Below, one piece after another: positions 32,343-44,021 of a DNA stretch of 64,000 bases. The notes below the pieces were generated by a model. The model made no database searches. It had not been told where the DNA came from and saw only the letters and a program-made list of their open reading frames with translations. Location: the NCBI GenBank assembly GCA_001661245.1, contig KV454012.1:1538418-1602417 (forward strand), given 5' to 3'. Each line of letters starts with the position of its first letter. Within the stretch, counting starts at the first letter, position 1. Made by a program: the position numbers and the translations under genes. Source of the DNA: Pachysolen tannophilus NRRL Y-2460 (Eukaryota).

Positions 32343-33500
32343 CTACGCAGCTTCAGTTATTTCTTGGTTTTCTCTTTTCACATCAGATCCATTCCCATTT
32401 ATGGTCTTAGTATCTGTTGCAAGTTTTTCTCCATCTTCGATGGTTGTTGAGACAGCTATGGTCTTTTCACTTCTTATCTGATGTAATAATGGTTCCCATT
32501 CATTCAATATCTTTCCTGCCCTTTCATGGAATTTAAAATCATCTTTTCTTTCCAAATCTGGTATTTTCAAAATTGCCTTTAAAACTTTATGCAATTTTGT
32601 ACCTTTTAATACTTTTAAATCAACTATTGAAGATAATTCTTCTAATTTGTTTAAAATTTTGGAATTGTATTGATAATCGTCATAAGCTGGAGGTATTTTG
32701 GAACTGATTAAACCTTTTTGTAATCTTGTTCTTATAAACCAAAAATTTTTCTGTTTTTCATCATCAGTCCAATTTTCTGGTGGTTTACTGCCATTACCAT
32801 TACTATTTTTGTCACTCTTATTTTCAGTTATACTTGGAGTGGAAGTTCGAGATTTTTTAATGGATTTTTTTGATAATTCAACATCATCATTCTTAGGTTC
32901 TGGTTTTCTTTTCCTTGAATCTTTTGAGTCTTTTAAGTCTTTTAAATCTCTTGAGGTACTTTGTGTTGATGGTTTTCTTTTTGATGACTTTCTTTTGGTT
33001 TTCACATCTTCATCATCAGACTCTTCATCTCCCACTTCATCACCATCGGCGTCATCCTCTACATCTCCTTCTCCTTCTCCTTCTCCTTCTTCGTCATTTT
33101 CTCCTTCTTCGTCATCTTCATTTTGTTCTTCTTTTAAATCTTCTTGATCACCATCAACCGCCGTATCATCATTTATAGGAGGAATAGCACTTAAAAAATT
33201 TGGACTTATATCAGTCGCGTGCTTCAAAGCTCTTTTCAATCCTGTCTTGGCCTTCTTCAAGCTCTTCTCACACTCTTCAACATCTAATGGTGATAACGAA
33301 TCATATCTATTCCAATAATATGAAGGTTCACTTCCTAAAAAGAAAACAGGATAAAAATTCTTACTATCTCTTGTGGGCTTCGAGTCTAGCACCGATACTG
33401 GTACCAAATCTTCTGGAACAATAACAGCTGGCCATTTCGGGAAACCTTGGATCTTGGAATAAACTAATTGACCCGGTTTAAATTGATTCTTCGACGACAT
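32343..33500 (-). CDS. PDP3: PWWP-domain chromatin protein, Pdp3-like
   Basis: ATG at 33500. FKPGQLVYSKIQGFPKWPAVIVP...VFFL...SYYW PWWP domain; C-terminal TKLHKVLKAILK helical domain. Confidence 0.7.
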   Translation of the reverse strand: MSSKNQFKPGQLVYSKIQGFPKWPAVIVPEDLVPVSVLDSKPTRDSKNFYPVFFLGSEPSYYWNRYDSLSPLDVEECEKSLKKAKTGLKRALKHATDISPNFLSAIPPINDDTAVDGDQEDLKEEQNEDDEEGENDEEGEGEGEGDVEDDADGDEVGDEESDDEDVKTKRKSSKRKPSTQSTSRDLKDLKDSKDSRKRKPEPKNDDVELSKKSIKKSRTSTPSITENKSDKNSNGNGSKPPENWTDDEKQKNFWFIRTRLQKGLISSKIPPAYDDYQYNSKILNKLEELSSIVDLKVLKGTKLHKVLKAILKIPDLERKDDFKFHERAGKILNEWEPLLHQIRSEKTIAVSTTIEDGEKLATDTKTINGNGSDVKRENQEITEAA

Positions 33501-34168
33501 AATAATCAATCAACTAATTCGTAATTCACAATTCGTAAAACCCAATATCGTCCGTCTAAAAGTTATCTAAGTTTACTATTTTTCTTTTAAAAATAAAAAA
33601 AAACTTCTTTTTTTCTCTCTCTTTCTCCCTTGAATTTCTCTTTTTATTTCTCAATAAAGGTAAATTGGGAAAACAATTACTAAAAGATAATCATATAATC
33701 AAACACAAATACAATTAGATTGAATAGAATTTAATAGAGAATCAAAGTTGTTCACGGTCCAAAAGACTAAAAGTTTCAATGATTTCCCTTTTAAGATATT
33801 TTTAGTGTGGCGGTGCACTACTATTGTGTTTTTTTGTTAATTTAAAAGTTGTTGAAGATGTGATGTTAAAGATCTCATCTCTGAAATTGATTTAAGAGTT
33901 ATTACAAATTGTTTTCGAATTTTGATTCCATAAATTAAAATTTAATTTTTGTAGTTATTTTATTTTCTGTTTAAATAACCAGTAACAAAAAAAAAATTTT
34001 TCTTTTTTCACCAAAAATTAGTTCCAAAAAAGAATGAAAAAAAGTATGAAAAAAAAACGCAAAACACATGCATACACACACAAAAAAAATCAAAAAAAAA
34101 AGCAATCTAGTCAACCAAAGTGAACAAAAAAAAATTATTTGGAAAAAAAGATCTATCTATCTATTTAT

Positions 34169-35779
34169 CTATTTGGTTGTCTCTTGAATTGGTGATTTTT
34201 TAACTTCGACTTCGTCTCCAGTTTCAGTTATTTCAGTGGTCTTTTCAGTGGTTTGATTACCATAATCTTCTAAAGTACCAGCTTGAGCATCATCACCTAA
34301 ACCAAATGTACCAGTCCATCCATTCAGTCTTAAGTAATTTTCATATCTGACATCTTCCATCATTAAATCTTCATCTGTCAAATGAGGAATGCAGAGAAAG
34401 GCAATGACAACACCAACGGAACCTAAGATTGCACCAATGATAAAAGTCCATCTCTTACCTAAATTGTCCTGAATTGCAGTAAAACATTGGTTACCAATTG
34501 CTGCTCCTGCTTTACCAACAGCGGCTGATAATCCATAAAAAGTTCCTCTAATTGGTGTTGCGTAACATTCACTTGAAGTTAATCCCATATTATCACCAGG
34601 ACCTAAATTACCCATAGAATTGAAAAGACCATAAAAGATAATGAATAATGGAACAATTTTTGTTAATTGTTCATAAGCACATCCTATGATAAGACCAATG
34701 ACTAAATAACCGGAAAATCCAATCATTAAAGTATATTTTCTACCAATGACATCAACCAAATAAGCACCTACAAATACACCTGGAATTGCAATGATACCCA
34801 AAAGTAAAGTCCATTCACCAACTCTTTCTAAATTTGAAGAATCACTAATAACTGAAGAAATAATTGTTGATGAAAAAATACCATTTGGAAAAGTAATAAA
34901 ATCATAAATAAACCAACAACCACAAGTACCAATAAGTCTTTTCCAATAAAATTTAATTGATAATAAATAAGGAACATTATGTCTTATAGCAGATTTTTTA
35001 TACAAAACTGAAGTTGCCATTCTCCAACGGAAATAAAAAATAGCCATTGGCCAAAAAATACCAATTCCTAAACAAACTCTCCATGCTGTAGATAAATGAG
35101 TTGGACCAGTACATTTATAAACAATAAGAAATACAATTGTTGCAAATGGACCACCTAATGATAAGGGTAAATTTGTTACAAGACAAAATAACCCACCTCT
35201 ACGTTTAGTACTTTCATTTGCAGATTCTGAAGCAGCAGTGGAACAACTTGGATATTCTCCACCAACACCAAAACCAGTGATACCTCTACTAACAACCATC
35301 ATCCAAAACATCCCTGCAGTGGTAGATCCATGTGCAACAGTACACATCAATGAACCCAAGATAATCAATAAAGTCGTAGATACAATAGCCCATTTTCTAC
35401 CCATATAATCACAACAAACACCAACCACAACTTGACCAATAATAGTACCAACAGTTAAAGAGTTGGAAACTCTTGTCTTAACCGTGGAAGTATATGCTTT
35501 AGGGTATTCCTTGGTGAAAACATTGTTCAACATAGTCATAATGTTATTCTGATAACCATCACTAATCAATGCAACACCAGAACAAATAATGGTCAAGATA
35601 TCTGAAATTGATTTGATCTTAACAAATCTATCTGCTCTTTCGCGCTTATCATATCTAATTACACCACCATCAAAACTTGAAGACGACACTGTGTCTTGTC
35701 TCTCAAATACATCATTTTGAGATTTGTCCGCAGTAGTTTCTTCCTGCTCGTGTTCAACTATACCAACAGACTTTGACAT
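34169..35779 (-). CDS. GIT-family glycerophosphodiester:H+ symporter (MFS)
   Basis: ATG at 35779. ALISDGYQNN, DYMGRK, GFGVGGEYP, GNLGPGDN...SSECYATPIRGTFYGLSAAVGKAGA. The specific paralog (GIT1 versus GIT3-like) cannot be resolved by eye. Confidence 0.9.
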   Translation of the reverse strand: MSKSVGIVEHEQEETTADKSQNDVFERQDTVSSSSFDGGVIRYDKRERADRFVKIKSISDILTIICSGVALISDGYQNNIMTMLNNVFTKEYPKAYTSTVKTRVSNSLTVGTIIGQVVVGVCCDYMGRKWAIVSTTLLIILGSLMCTVAHGSTTAGMFWMMVVSRGITGFGVGGEYPSCSTAASESANESTKRRGGLFCLVTNLPLSLGGPFATIVFLIVYKCTGPTHLSTAWRVCLGIGIFWPMAIFYFRWRMATSVLYKKSAIRHNVPYLLSIKFYWKRLIGTCGCWFIYDFITFPNGIFSSTIISSVISDSSNLERVGEWTLLLGIIAIPGVFVGAYLVDVIGRKYTLMIGFSGYLVIGLIIGCAYEQLTKIVPLFIIFYGLFNSMGNLGPGDNMGLTSSECYATPIRGTFYGLSAAVGKAGAAIGNQCFTAIQDNLGKRWTFIIGAILGSVGVVIAFLCIPHLTDEDLMMEDVRYENYLRLNGWTGTFGLGDDAQAGTLEDYGNQTTEKTTEITETGDEVEVKKSPIQETTK

Positions 35780-35927
35780 TTTCACAAATTACTTCTTCTG
35801 TTTTCAGCCAGCTGAGATTATATAACTGATTTTTCAAGAAAATAAAAAAAGATAAAAAAATTACTTGGTCAAGGAATAAGTGGTTTATTATATATGAAAA
35901 TTATTTGGGTATCGGCACATGTACTTT

Positions 35928-35937
35928 AATTCACATG
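35928..35937 (-). promoter_or_regulatory. UAS-INO/ICRE-like Ino2/Ino4 site upstream of the GIT permease
   Basis: AATTCACATG, i.e. CATGTGAATT on the minus strand. Confidence 0.5.
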
Positions 35938-36575
35938 TCTTTATTGTATTTCTACTCCCACCTTAGACTAGTATTATTGTTATCGAATCGAATGAGAACG
36001 AGCCAAAAAGAAAAAAATAAAGATTGAAAAAAAAAATTTTCATCCCTCGTGATAGCAATAACAAGAGGTAAAAAAAATAAAAAAGCGGAAAAAGAAACCA
36101 TTAAAATTGATCTCTAATAATACAGGTACAGAAACAATAGGACTTAGTTGAGCAGACACTTTTAGTTAGCTGTGAGACATCTAATCAAAGAATAAAGTAA
36201 TTCAAACTCATTTCATCCTGTACAAAGAAACATCAAATAGGTAATGCAAATGCAAGAATATGCATATCAGGGAAACAAGTAAATTGACACGCAAAAAGAC
36301 GATGGTGATCACTCACTATCTATTTCAACATTATCTATACAATATACCTACCATGTAAAGAAAAAAAATAAAATTAATTAATTATCAGAATTAGTTGTTA
36401 TAAATTAATATAATTTGAATTATCGAAAGTTAATTTAACTTTAAATTAAAATTTTTTCTTTAATCCAGTAGTTTCCTTGTTATATTTGGGTTTATTTTTG
36501 TATATATATATTTGTGTGTGTGAGAAAGTATGCTTTTCTTGACAGAATTATAAGATTTTCCTTATCAAGTAACTA

Positions 36576-36584
36576 GCACGTGGG
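36576..36584. promoter_or_regulatory. Pho4-type site GCACGTGGG upstream of the GIT permease
   Basis: CACGTG core with GC-rich flanks; a second low-affinity-type GCACGTT lies at 37081-37087 (minus strand). Confidence 0.55.
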
Positions 36585-37279
36585 AAGTTGCAGAAATAAT
36601 AGAGAGGTGCGTATCGAGCTCAACCTACTTCGCTTTTTGTTCGCTATCTGTCCATTGGCCGATGAGCTTTGGTAAATGAGTACTCGACCCATAACCTCAA
36701 CTTTAACCTCAACCCAAGTAAGGAAGTATGAAATGATGAAAGGGTAAATGAATTTGTAGATTTTTTTTTGTTGTTTTGTTGGTAAAAGAGAAAATTGGCT
36801 AAAAAGGTATAATTGTAATTTAATTTTTGAAAAAATTAAAGCAGGTACAATCTAGAGTTATACAACAAAAGATGAGAAAGATCAAAGCATCAAACCGATT
36901 ATTACAGACAGACGGTTTGAAAATTTCCATTCTGCTTGTTGCTGGCTATGTTATGTTCTCCGAGAATGTCCTCCACGTAGATCGATTATAGCATGGAAGT
37001 AGAAAGTTGGAAAAAAAATAGTTTAATCATTTTTGTGCTGCGGAAATAGACGCTTTTTCTAATTTTTAGATCTTTGTTGAAACGTGCTTCTGCAACTATT
37101 AAAAAAAAAAATAAATACAAATTTATTCATTAAATACTAAATACGTAACGTTATACAAGATTGAAAATGAAAAATTTTTTTTTCAATCATCAAGATAATA
37201 AATAAAAAAAAAAAGAAATATAATATATTGCGTAAAAGTCAAATAAGGTTGGAGTTTGGCCGAATAATAATATGTAACC

Positions 37280-38950
37280 TTAAAATGTATTGCTGATACC
37301 AATTTCTCTTGCATATTCGTTTAAAGATAGGTGCTTATAAGGAACACCCAAATTTTTGGCAATTTGAGCACCAAGTTGTTCATCCAATAAGCCAAAGTAT
37401 TGGGAAACTTTTTGTTTCAATGAAGGTATGGTTATAGATGATGCGTGGCCAACGACATTATCTATAAATCTTTTTTTCTGACCTTCATCATAAACTTTTT
37501 GATATAAAGCTCGTGGTTGTTCTAGGTCTATCTCTGAAAACCCACTTGTAAAATAGTATGATGTTTTTTCCCAAATCTTCAACTCGTGTTCTTTTAATTT
37601 TAATTCTCTTTGTATAATCAAGTCTTTGTTTTCATTGTCATGGGTGACAACACCGAAATATTTTTCATTTTTCGGGAAGGTCAATTCACCATTAGGTTTC
37701 AATTCTGCAGCGTTGATTGTATTATAGGATGCAATATAATTTGGCCTAAAGCCCTGATTATCATAAGCTGCAAAACCATCTCTTTGGAAATTACCAGCCA
37801 AGAATGGACACCCTGAAGATTTTTCAAAAGTTCTTGGTTTATTGATTGGTAATTGCTGGTAGTTAGCACCCAACCTGTGACGGTGTGTATCCGGATAAGA
37901 AAATAATCTCGATTGTAAAACTGGATCATTTGATGGATAAAGTCCAGGTAACAAGTGAGATGGTGAAAAGGCAATTTGTTCAATTTCAGCAAAATAATTA
38001 TCTGGATTTTTATTCAAAGTAATCTTACCAAACTCACGTAATGGGAACTCCTTGTGTGGCCAAATCTTGGTTAAATCATTGACCGAGTACCTAAAATTTT
38101 CAGCTTGTTCTGGAGTCATGGTTTGTAAATAACAAGTATAAGTTGGGTATTGACCCTTTTCAATCTCCTTGTATAACTTAGCAGTGTTATAATCTGCTGC
38201 TGAACCACTCAACTCGGCTGCTTTACTGCCCTCTGGGAAGGTTTCAAACCCACCATCCGCAAGAATATGTATTTGAACATATGTCAACTTGTTGTCAGCA
38301 TTCAACATCTTATAAGTGTGACCCGAATAACCATGCATCTTACCCCATGATGATGGAGTTCCTCGATCACCAAACATATACGTAACTTGATGAATCGATT
38401 CGATATTTTGGACAAAATAGTCCCAAGTCATTGTACTATCGGTATTCTGATTCAAATTAGTTGAAGGGTCCCTCTTTTGTGTATGGATAAAATGTGGGAA
38501 CTTGTTTGGGTCACGAAGAAAGAAAACTGGAGTGTTGTTGAAAACCCAATCCATATTCCCCCAATCAGTCTTGAGCTTAATTGCAAAACCTCTTGGATCA
38601 CGAAGAGTATCTGGAGTACCTCTCTCACCACCAACTGTGGAAAATCTCATAGATAATGGACACTCATAACCTTCTTTTGTAAGCATTGGGCAAAAAGTTA
38701 AATCTTCCAAAGACTTGGTCAATTTGAAAACACCATGACCACCACCACCTTTTGCATGAACAACTCTTTCCGGAATTCTTTCAGCATCAAAATGAGAAAT
38801 CGAATCAATTAAATTAAAATCCTGAAGTAACAATGGTCCTCCAGGATTAGACAATTGAGCACCATAAGGATGGTGCAAGTATGGAACACCATTGGATGTA
38901 GAGTAAATAGCATTATCTGTCTTGATACTTTTTGAAGCTTCGGATGCCAT
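37280..38950 (-). CDS. CTT1: Cytosolic catalase T
   Basis: NGVPYLHHPY, ERIPERVVHAKGGG, DWVFNNTPVFFLRD, ESIHQVTYMFGDRGTP and RLFSYPDTHRHRLG; no C-terminal PTS1. Confidence 0.92.
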   Translation of the reverse strand: MASEASKSIKTDNAIYSTSNGVPYLHHPYGAQLSNPGGPLLLQDFNLIDSISHFDAERIPERVVHAKGGGGHGVFKLTKSLEDLTFCPMLTKEGYECPLSMRFSTVGGERGTPDTLRDPRGFAIKLKTDWGNMDWVFNNTPVFFLRDPNKFPHFIHTQKRDPSTNLNQNTDSTMTWDYFVQNIESIHQVTYMFGDRGTPSSWGKMHGYSGHTYKMLNADNKLTYVQIHILADGGFETFPEGSKAAELSGSAADYNTAKLYKEIEKGQYPTYTCYLQTMTPEQAENFRYSVNDLTKIWPHKEFPLREFGKITLNKNPDNYFAEIEQIAFSPSHLLPGLYPSNDPVLQSRLFSYPDTHRHRLGANYQQLPINKPRTFEKSSGCPFLAGNFQRDGFAAYDNQGFRPNYIASYNTINAAELKPNGELTFPKNEKYFGVVTHDNENKDLIIQRELKLKEHELKIWEKTSYYFTSGFSEIDLEQPRALYQKVYDEGQKKRFIDNVVGHASSITIPSLKQKVSQYFGLLDEQLGAQIAKNLGVPYKHLSLNEYAREIGISNTF

Positions 38951-39464
38951 TTTTCTTCAAATATACTTTATAATTCTTTTTTAATTTCTTTATTTTTGTT
39001 ATTTTTGTTATTCATTTAATAAATTTTTTCATTACAAAATTATGGAAGTTTTCTTTCCTCCTTTTATATGGTTATGATCATATCATTTGTTTGCTCAGTA
39101 ATTCTACTATATAATAAAAAGAATTGTTCTATTATTTTCAATTCTTTGGTATTAATTACCCCTATCTCATCTCCCCATTTAATAATGATATGCGCCGCAA
39201 ATATACTATGCATGCTTGCTATTCTGTTTTTGGAACTTTTATTCTCGATCACCTAGATCTTACTAAAAAGGTATTAAATAAAGAAAGAATACTTTTTACT
39301 ATTTAAAAAAATATGATTGCTCAAACTATAAAAGACTGTAAAAGACTTTAAAATGAGGAGAAATAAATAGACCCTATATTTATTATTAATTATTTTAATT
39401 TATAATGTATGTATATGTATATATTTATGTTATTATTATTATTTAATAAATTAAATTAATTTGT

Positions 39465-40427
39465 TTACCAATTAAAGCAAACTTGATACTTAATTTCATT
39501 TTTCAAAAAAATATTTTTTGATTCTATTAATTTTAAATCTTTAATATATAACATATCATTAGAATTCTCTTTAATAATTTTTTCATTTTTTTGTTGTAAT
39601 AATTTTTCAATTTTGAAAGAATTAATTAATACCAGTTCTACAGTAGTTAAAGTTTTACCTAAAGATATAACCAAGTCCCCGCTTGTATAAAAATTATCCA
39701 TTAATAAAGCTGAAAATAAATCACCTGAACCTGAGAACTTTGCATCAATAATTGGTAATTTATAATAAAAAGGTTTTTCATTAAAAATAGAAGATCCAGC
39801 TGAATAAATTTTTTCATCATTTAGTAGATAAACTGATGTTACAATAACGTTTGGTACTTTATATAATTTATGAAATTTTATCAAAGATTGATAAAGATCT
39901 TGTAAAGTATTAATTTTAGTATTTGTTAATACTTCCATTTCAAATTGATTTGGTGTAATTAAATTTATATAACCTTGATTTAACATTTCAATATATTTTG
40001 GTATTATTTCTTTAGAAACATATAATTTACCATTATCACCCAATACAGGATCTAATACCCATAAACAATCTCCATTTTTAAATTTATCATGATGATATTT
40101 AATATAATCAATACATATATCATTAACAGTTTCTAAACTTTTAAAATCAGCAATATATCCAGTTAGCAATACATTATATTCATATTCATTAGCAATAAGA
40201 CCTTTATATATATCTCGAATTTGTTCAGATGAAGTTTTAAAACCTGTAAAACTCCCATATCCTGGATGATTAGAAAAATTAACAGTATTAAGAGCATCTA
40301 AATTCCAACCTTTAACTTGAAGTGGGAAAGTAGCTGCTCTATTACCAACATATCCATGTGTAACATGTGACTGTATAGAAAGAACATTTTTACCTGTAGT
40401 ATCAATATAAGATAACTGCGAAGACAT
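39465..40427 (-). CDS. BUD17: Pyridoxal kinase
   Basis: VLSIQSHVTHGYVGNRAATFPLQ, DPVLGDNGKLYV, TPNQFE, FSGSGDLF; Bud17-type rather than Bud16-type by memory. Confidence 0.85.
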   Translation of the reverse strand: MSSQLSYIDTTGKNVLSIQSHVTHGYVGNRAATFPLQVKGWNLDALNTVNFSNHPGYGSFTGFKTSSEQIRDIYKGLIANEYEYNVLLTGYIADFKSLETVNDICIDYIKYHHDKFKNGDCLWVLDPVLGDNGKLYVSKEIIPKYIEMLNQGYINLITPNQFEMEVLTNTKINTLQDLYQSLIKFHKLYKVPNVIVTSVYLLNDEKIYSAGSSIFNEKPFYYKLPIIDAKFSGSGDLFSALLMDNFYTSGDLVISLGKTLTTVELVLINSFKIEKLLQQKNEKIIKENSNDMLYIKDLKLIESKNIFLKNEIKYQVCFNW

Positions 40428-40641
40428 ATTTTTTTTTTACATCTATTAACTATTATTACAAATCAATTTAATATAATTAAAAATTACAACTGCCATTGAT
40501 AGATGATACCCTTAATACCCTAATACTAGAAGCACTTCTAACCCCATTCAAAATTCAATTTCCCCTATTTTTGATTAAAAAATTAATAATTAAGCGAGAT
40601 GAAGGAAATTGACTAATTTTTACAAAAATGGAAAAATTAAA

Positions 40642-40683
40642 ACGCGTTAAAAGAAAAGAAAGAAAAAAAAAAAAAACACGAAA
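40642..40683 (+). promoter_or_regulatory. G1/S elements upstream of HCM1: MCB (ACGCGT) and SCB (CACGAAA)
   Basis: ACGCGT at 40642-40647 and CACGAAA at 40677-40683; HCM1 is a known SBF/MBF target in S. cerevisiae. Confidence 0.6.
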
Positions 40684-40843
40684 AAAAGGGTATCAAACAA
40701 TCAAGACACGCTATATAATATATATATATATTTAATTAATATATAATTAATATATATATATATATATATAAAAGAATACCATAATATTATAATATAATAA
40801 ATCGGATATTGTTGGTGGATTTTCTTTAATTTGAGGAATAAAA

Positions 40844-43021
40844 ATGGATGTTAACTCAAAGAGAATACGTCAGCCACTAAGAGAACAAGATATAAATAAT
40901 AATATTATTAATAGTAATAATAATAGTACTGATATGTTAAAACAGCAACAAGGTTTATTACCACCGCGGTCAGTAACAGCGTCTATTCCCACAATTACTG
41001 TTTCGCCTTCAGATGGGAATCAAAGTAAAAATAATAACAACGTGAATAATAATAATAATAATAATAATGCAGAAAATGTTGAAAATGCAGAAAATGAAAT
41101 TAATGATAATGGTGTTTTCAAATTACCAAGTTTAACTACTCCACCACAAACAGTATCTAGAACTCTTTCAGAACAAATTATTTTAAAAGAAAAATTTTCT
41201 CCAAGAAGTCCATTTGCTAATAATAATGAGAAGTTGAAGAAAAATAGAAGAATTAGTCAGATTGCTTCCAAGTCATCATCATTATCTTCCTCATCTTCTT
41301 CCATGAAAATTGGTAATGGCGGTATTGATAATATTAACAATCAGGCCTTGCTTTCGCCAGCTTTTTCTTCACCGTCCACAAAGTTAAAAGATAATAATAA
41401 TAATAATAAAATCCCACCACCAGAGTTCCCAAAATTGGTAACAACAAAGACAACAACGGCAACTTTGAAAAAAGAAAGAAAACAAGAAACTGTTGAAGAA
41501 CTTAATAGACAAGTACCTCCTCCTGAAGAAATGCCCGTGGTAATTGATGATACTAAAGATTTCACCAAGAAACCTGCTTATTCTTATGCCATGTTAATTG
41601 GTATGGCCATCTTAAGAGCTCCAGGAAGAAAATTAACTCTTTCTCAAATATATGCTTGGATTTCAGATACTTTTAAATATTATAAAAAAGGTGATGTTGG
41701 CTGGCAAAATTCAGTGAGGCATAATTTATCATTAAATAAAGCATTTATTAAAAGTGCAAAGTCAAAAGATGGGAAAGGTCATTATTGGCAAATTGAAAAA
41801 GGTTATGAATATCAATTTTATAAAGGTAAAAATACTAAAAATGGTACAAGTTCTGGTAGCAACAATAATAATGCTAATAAGATTAATTCAGTTGAATTAG
41901 TATTCAATAGAAACCAAATTCAAAATAATACTATTGATATTAAATCATCATCAGCTTCTACATCTTCTTCCTTCACAGAAGAAGATGGAGAAAATGATAT
42001 TTCTACAGAGTCACTGTCAGAAAGTGAACATAATGTTATAAATCACCATAACAAGCATGATATAATAAAATCAACTCCAAAATCAAAAATCATAGCTGAT
42101 AGAGGAGATGAAATGTTTGAACAATCGTCAAAAGCATCAAGGAATTTACAACACTGCATATTGAGGAAACGATCATTGATGGATGATGAATATAGCGCCG
42201 AGGATGACGAGGATGAGGATGATTTGGTTTATCAGCCTCCAGTTAAAAAACAATCTACTTCAATGTCGACATCAACTGCAGCATTAGCTAGTACAGCTGG
42301 AAATTTATCGTTGCATAATATACCAAATTTACAAGCTCCATCACCTTACTGGTCTGCTTCTGCAAGTGGGAATAGAATAATATTTGGATTGTTAAGAACT
42401 CCTCCAAAACTGATTAACCATTCTTCCTCAAGTGTGATGACATCACAATCATCAATTTTTGATTCCCCACAACATCATCCATTATCATCTTCAATCACCA
42501 AGGCAAATAAATACGGTCCATATACATCGTCGTTTAGTTGTATTTCAAATTTTGATCTTTCGCCAATAAAAGGAACAGAAACTGGGCCATTATTAGAACC
42601 ATTAACTCCAAGATTTTCAAATTCTAATAATTATAATAGTATAAGCAATGGCGGTATAAAAAAGTTGTCAACAAGAGATAGCATTTCAAAGACACCCAAC
42701 TGTTCCAGTAGCAACAACTATAATGGCAATATTAATAATAATAATAATAAATATAGTAGTAGCACCGGTAATAGTAATGGTTATTTAAACAAGACTCCAA
42801 ACTTCATTAAAACACCAGGATCTTCATCCACTATGAAGAAAATTTGGAATTCACCGTCTTATTTAGATGATTTTTATACTTCACCTGTTATTTCAAGAAA
42901 CTACCCAGTTTATAATGAAGACGATATAATTGCTAGAGCATGCTTTGGATCTCCGAACAAAACTTCTGGGTCTACAAGTAAGGATAGTAATAGTGGAGAT
43001 AGTAACAGCAGTGATCATTGA
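40844..43021 (+). CDS. HCM1: Forkhead transcription factor Hcm1
   Basis: [16 protein letters not shown]...[11 protein letters not shown]...[16 protein letters not shown]...DGKGHYW; no FHA domain; many TP/SP sites and SSFSC.SNFDLSP. Confidence 0.85.
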   Translation: MDVNSKRIRQPLREQDINNNIINSNNNSTDMLKQQQGLLPPRSVTASIPTITVSPSDGNQSKNNNNVNNNNNNNNAENVENAENEINDNGVFKLPSLTTPPQTVSRTLSEQIILKEKFSPRSPFANNNEKLKKNRRISQIASKSSSLSSSSSSMKIGNGGIDNINNQALLSPAFSSPSTKLKDNNNNNKIPPPEFPKLVTTKTTTATLKKERKQETVEELNRQVPPPEEMPVVIDDTKDFTKKPAYSYAMLIGMAILRAPGRKLTLSQIYAWISDTFKYYKKGDVGWQNSVRHNLSLNKAFIKSAKSKDGKGHYWQIEKGYEYQFYKGKNTKNGTSSGSNNNNANKINSVELVFNRNQIQNNTIDIKSSSASTSSSFTEEDGENDISTESLSESEHNVINHHNKHDIIKSTPKSKIIADRGDEMFEQSSKASRNLQHCILRKRSLMDDEYSAEDDEDEDDLVYQPPVKKQSTSMSTSTAALASTAGNLSLHNIPNLQAPSPYWSASASGNRIIFGLLRTPPKLINHSSSSVMTSQSSIFDSPQHHPLSSSITKANKYGPYTSSFSCISNFDLSPIKGTETGPLLEPLTPRFSNSNNYNSISNGGIKKLSTRDSISKTPNCSSSNNYNGNINNNNNKYSSSTGNSNGYLNKTPNFIKTPGSSSTMKKIWNSPSYLDDFYTSPVISRNYPVYNEDDIIARACFGSPNKTSGSTSKDSNSGDSNSSDH

Positions 43022-44021
43022 ATGGACAATCAACTTTTATTGGGAAAATCATTGGGGATTTCAAGGGAAGACGTTTTGCGAAAAAAGGATTTACAGAGTG
43101 GTCAACACCTGTTTTGAAGGCTCTAAAGTAAAAGAATTATTTATGTTTTTGATATGATATCTTTTTGGAATGTTGGGTTTATTTATTATTTTTTTTTTTT
43201 TTTTTTGATATATATATATATATATATATTTCAGACCTTAAGTTTGGAATTAGATTTGAATTAGTTGAGGGATATTTTGAAGGCTTTTCTTATATATTAT
43301 TATCATTATTATAGCTGTATTATTTTCTATTGTACAATTGTTTGAAAGTAGAAAGTATAGGGTAATGGATGCCATTTTTCCCAAAGACTATTAAAATAGT
43401 TTTGATTAAAACACTTTCTGTATGACCAATATGGCTCATTAAGGTCTTTGAACGTACATTACTAGGAACCTGTCCCATAGTCCACTTAACCTGGATCCAA
43501 TAAATTTCTTGAAATCAATATTTAATGGTATAATGATGGTATTGGAAACATTTCTTTTTGCAAATGATTGGGAAGCAAACTTCCGGATGTCGGATTCTAC
43601 AATTTGGTAGCTAGTATGTTGTTCTTGATGGAAAAGTGACACTGAAGTCGTAGAAATAACGACCCAAACATGGAGAAGAGAGGTTGAGCACACATTGAAG
43701 AACATTTGAAAAGGTTTCAACGAATATCACTTAAAAATGTTGTTTGAAAACATTTATTTGAAAATATATCCGGCTCATCTCTTAATCTTGGGTTAATGAA
43801 CTTGATTAAGAAAATGGGTTTATAAGCATATTCAAGCAATGTTATTGACTATATGCAAAAGCTCATACGGTAAAGTGGGTTTTTACGGGGTTAAATGATG
43901 ACAAATTTCGAATATGGCATTAGAGTTTCTTCGTTACTTTTCATTATAATTATAAATGTTTTGTTCTCTTTTGAATGAATTTTTTTTTAAGATGCCGTTA
44001 CTTTTTGAATAACATTTAATC

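Noticed and set aside
39159..39163. Single STRE (CCCCT) upstream of CTT1
   Set aside because: Biologically plausible, but one 5-mer is not evidence.
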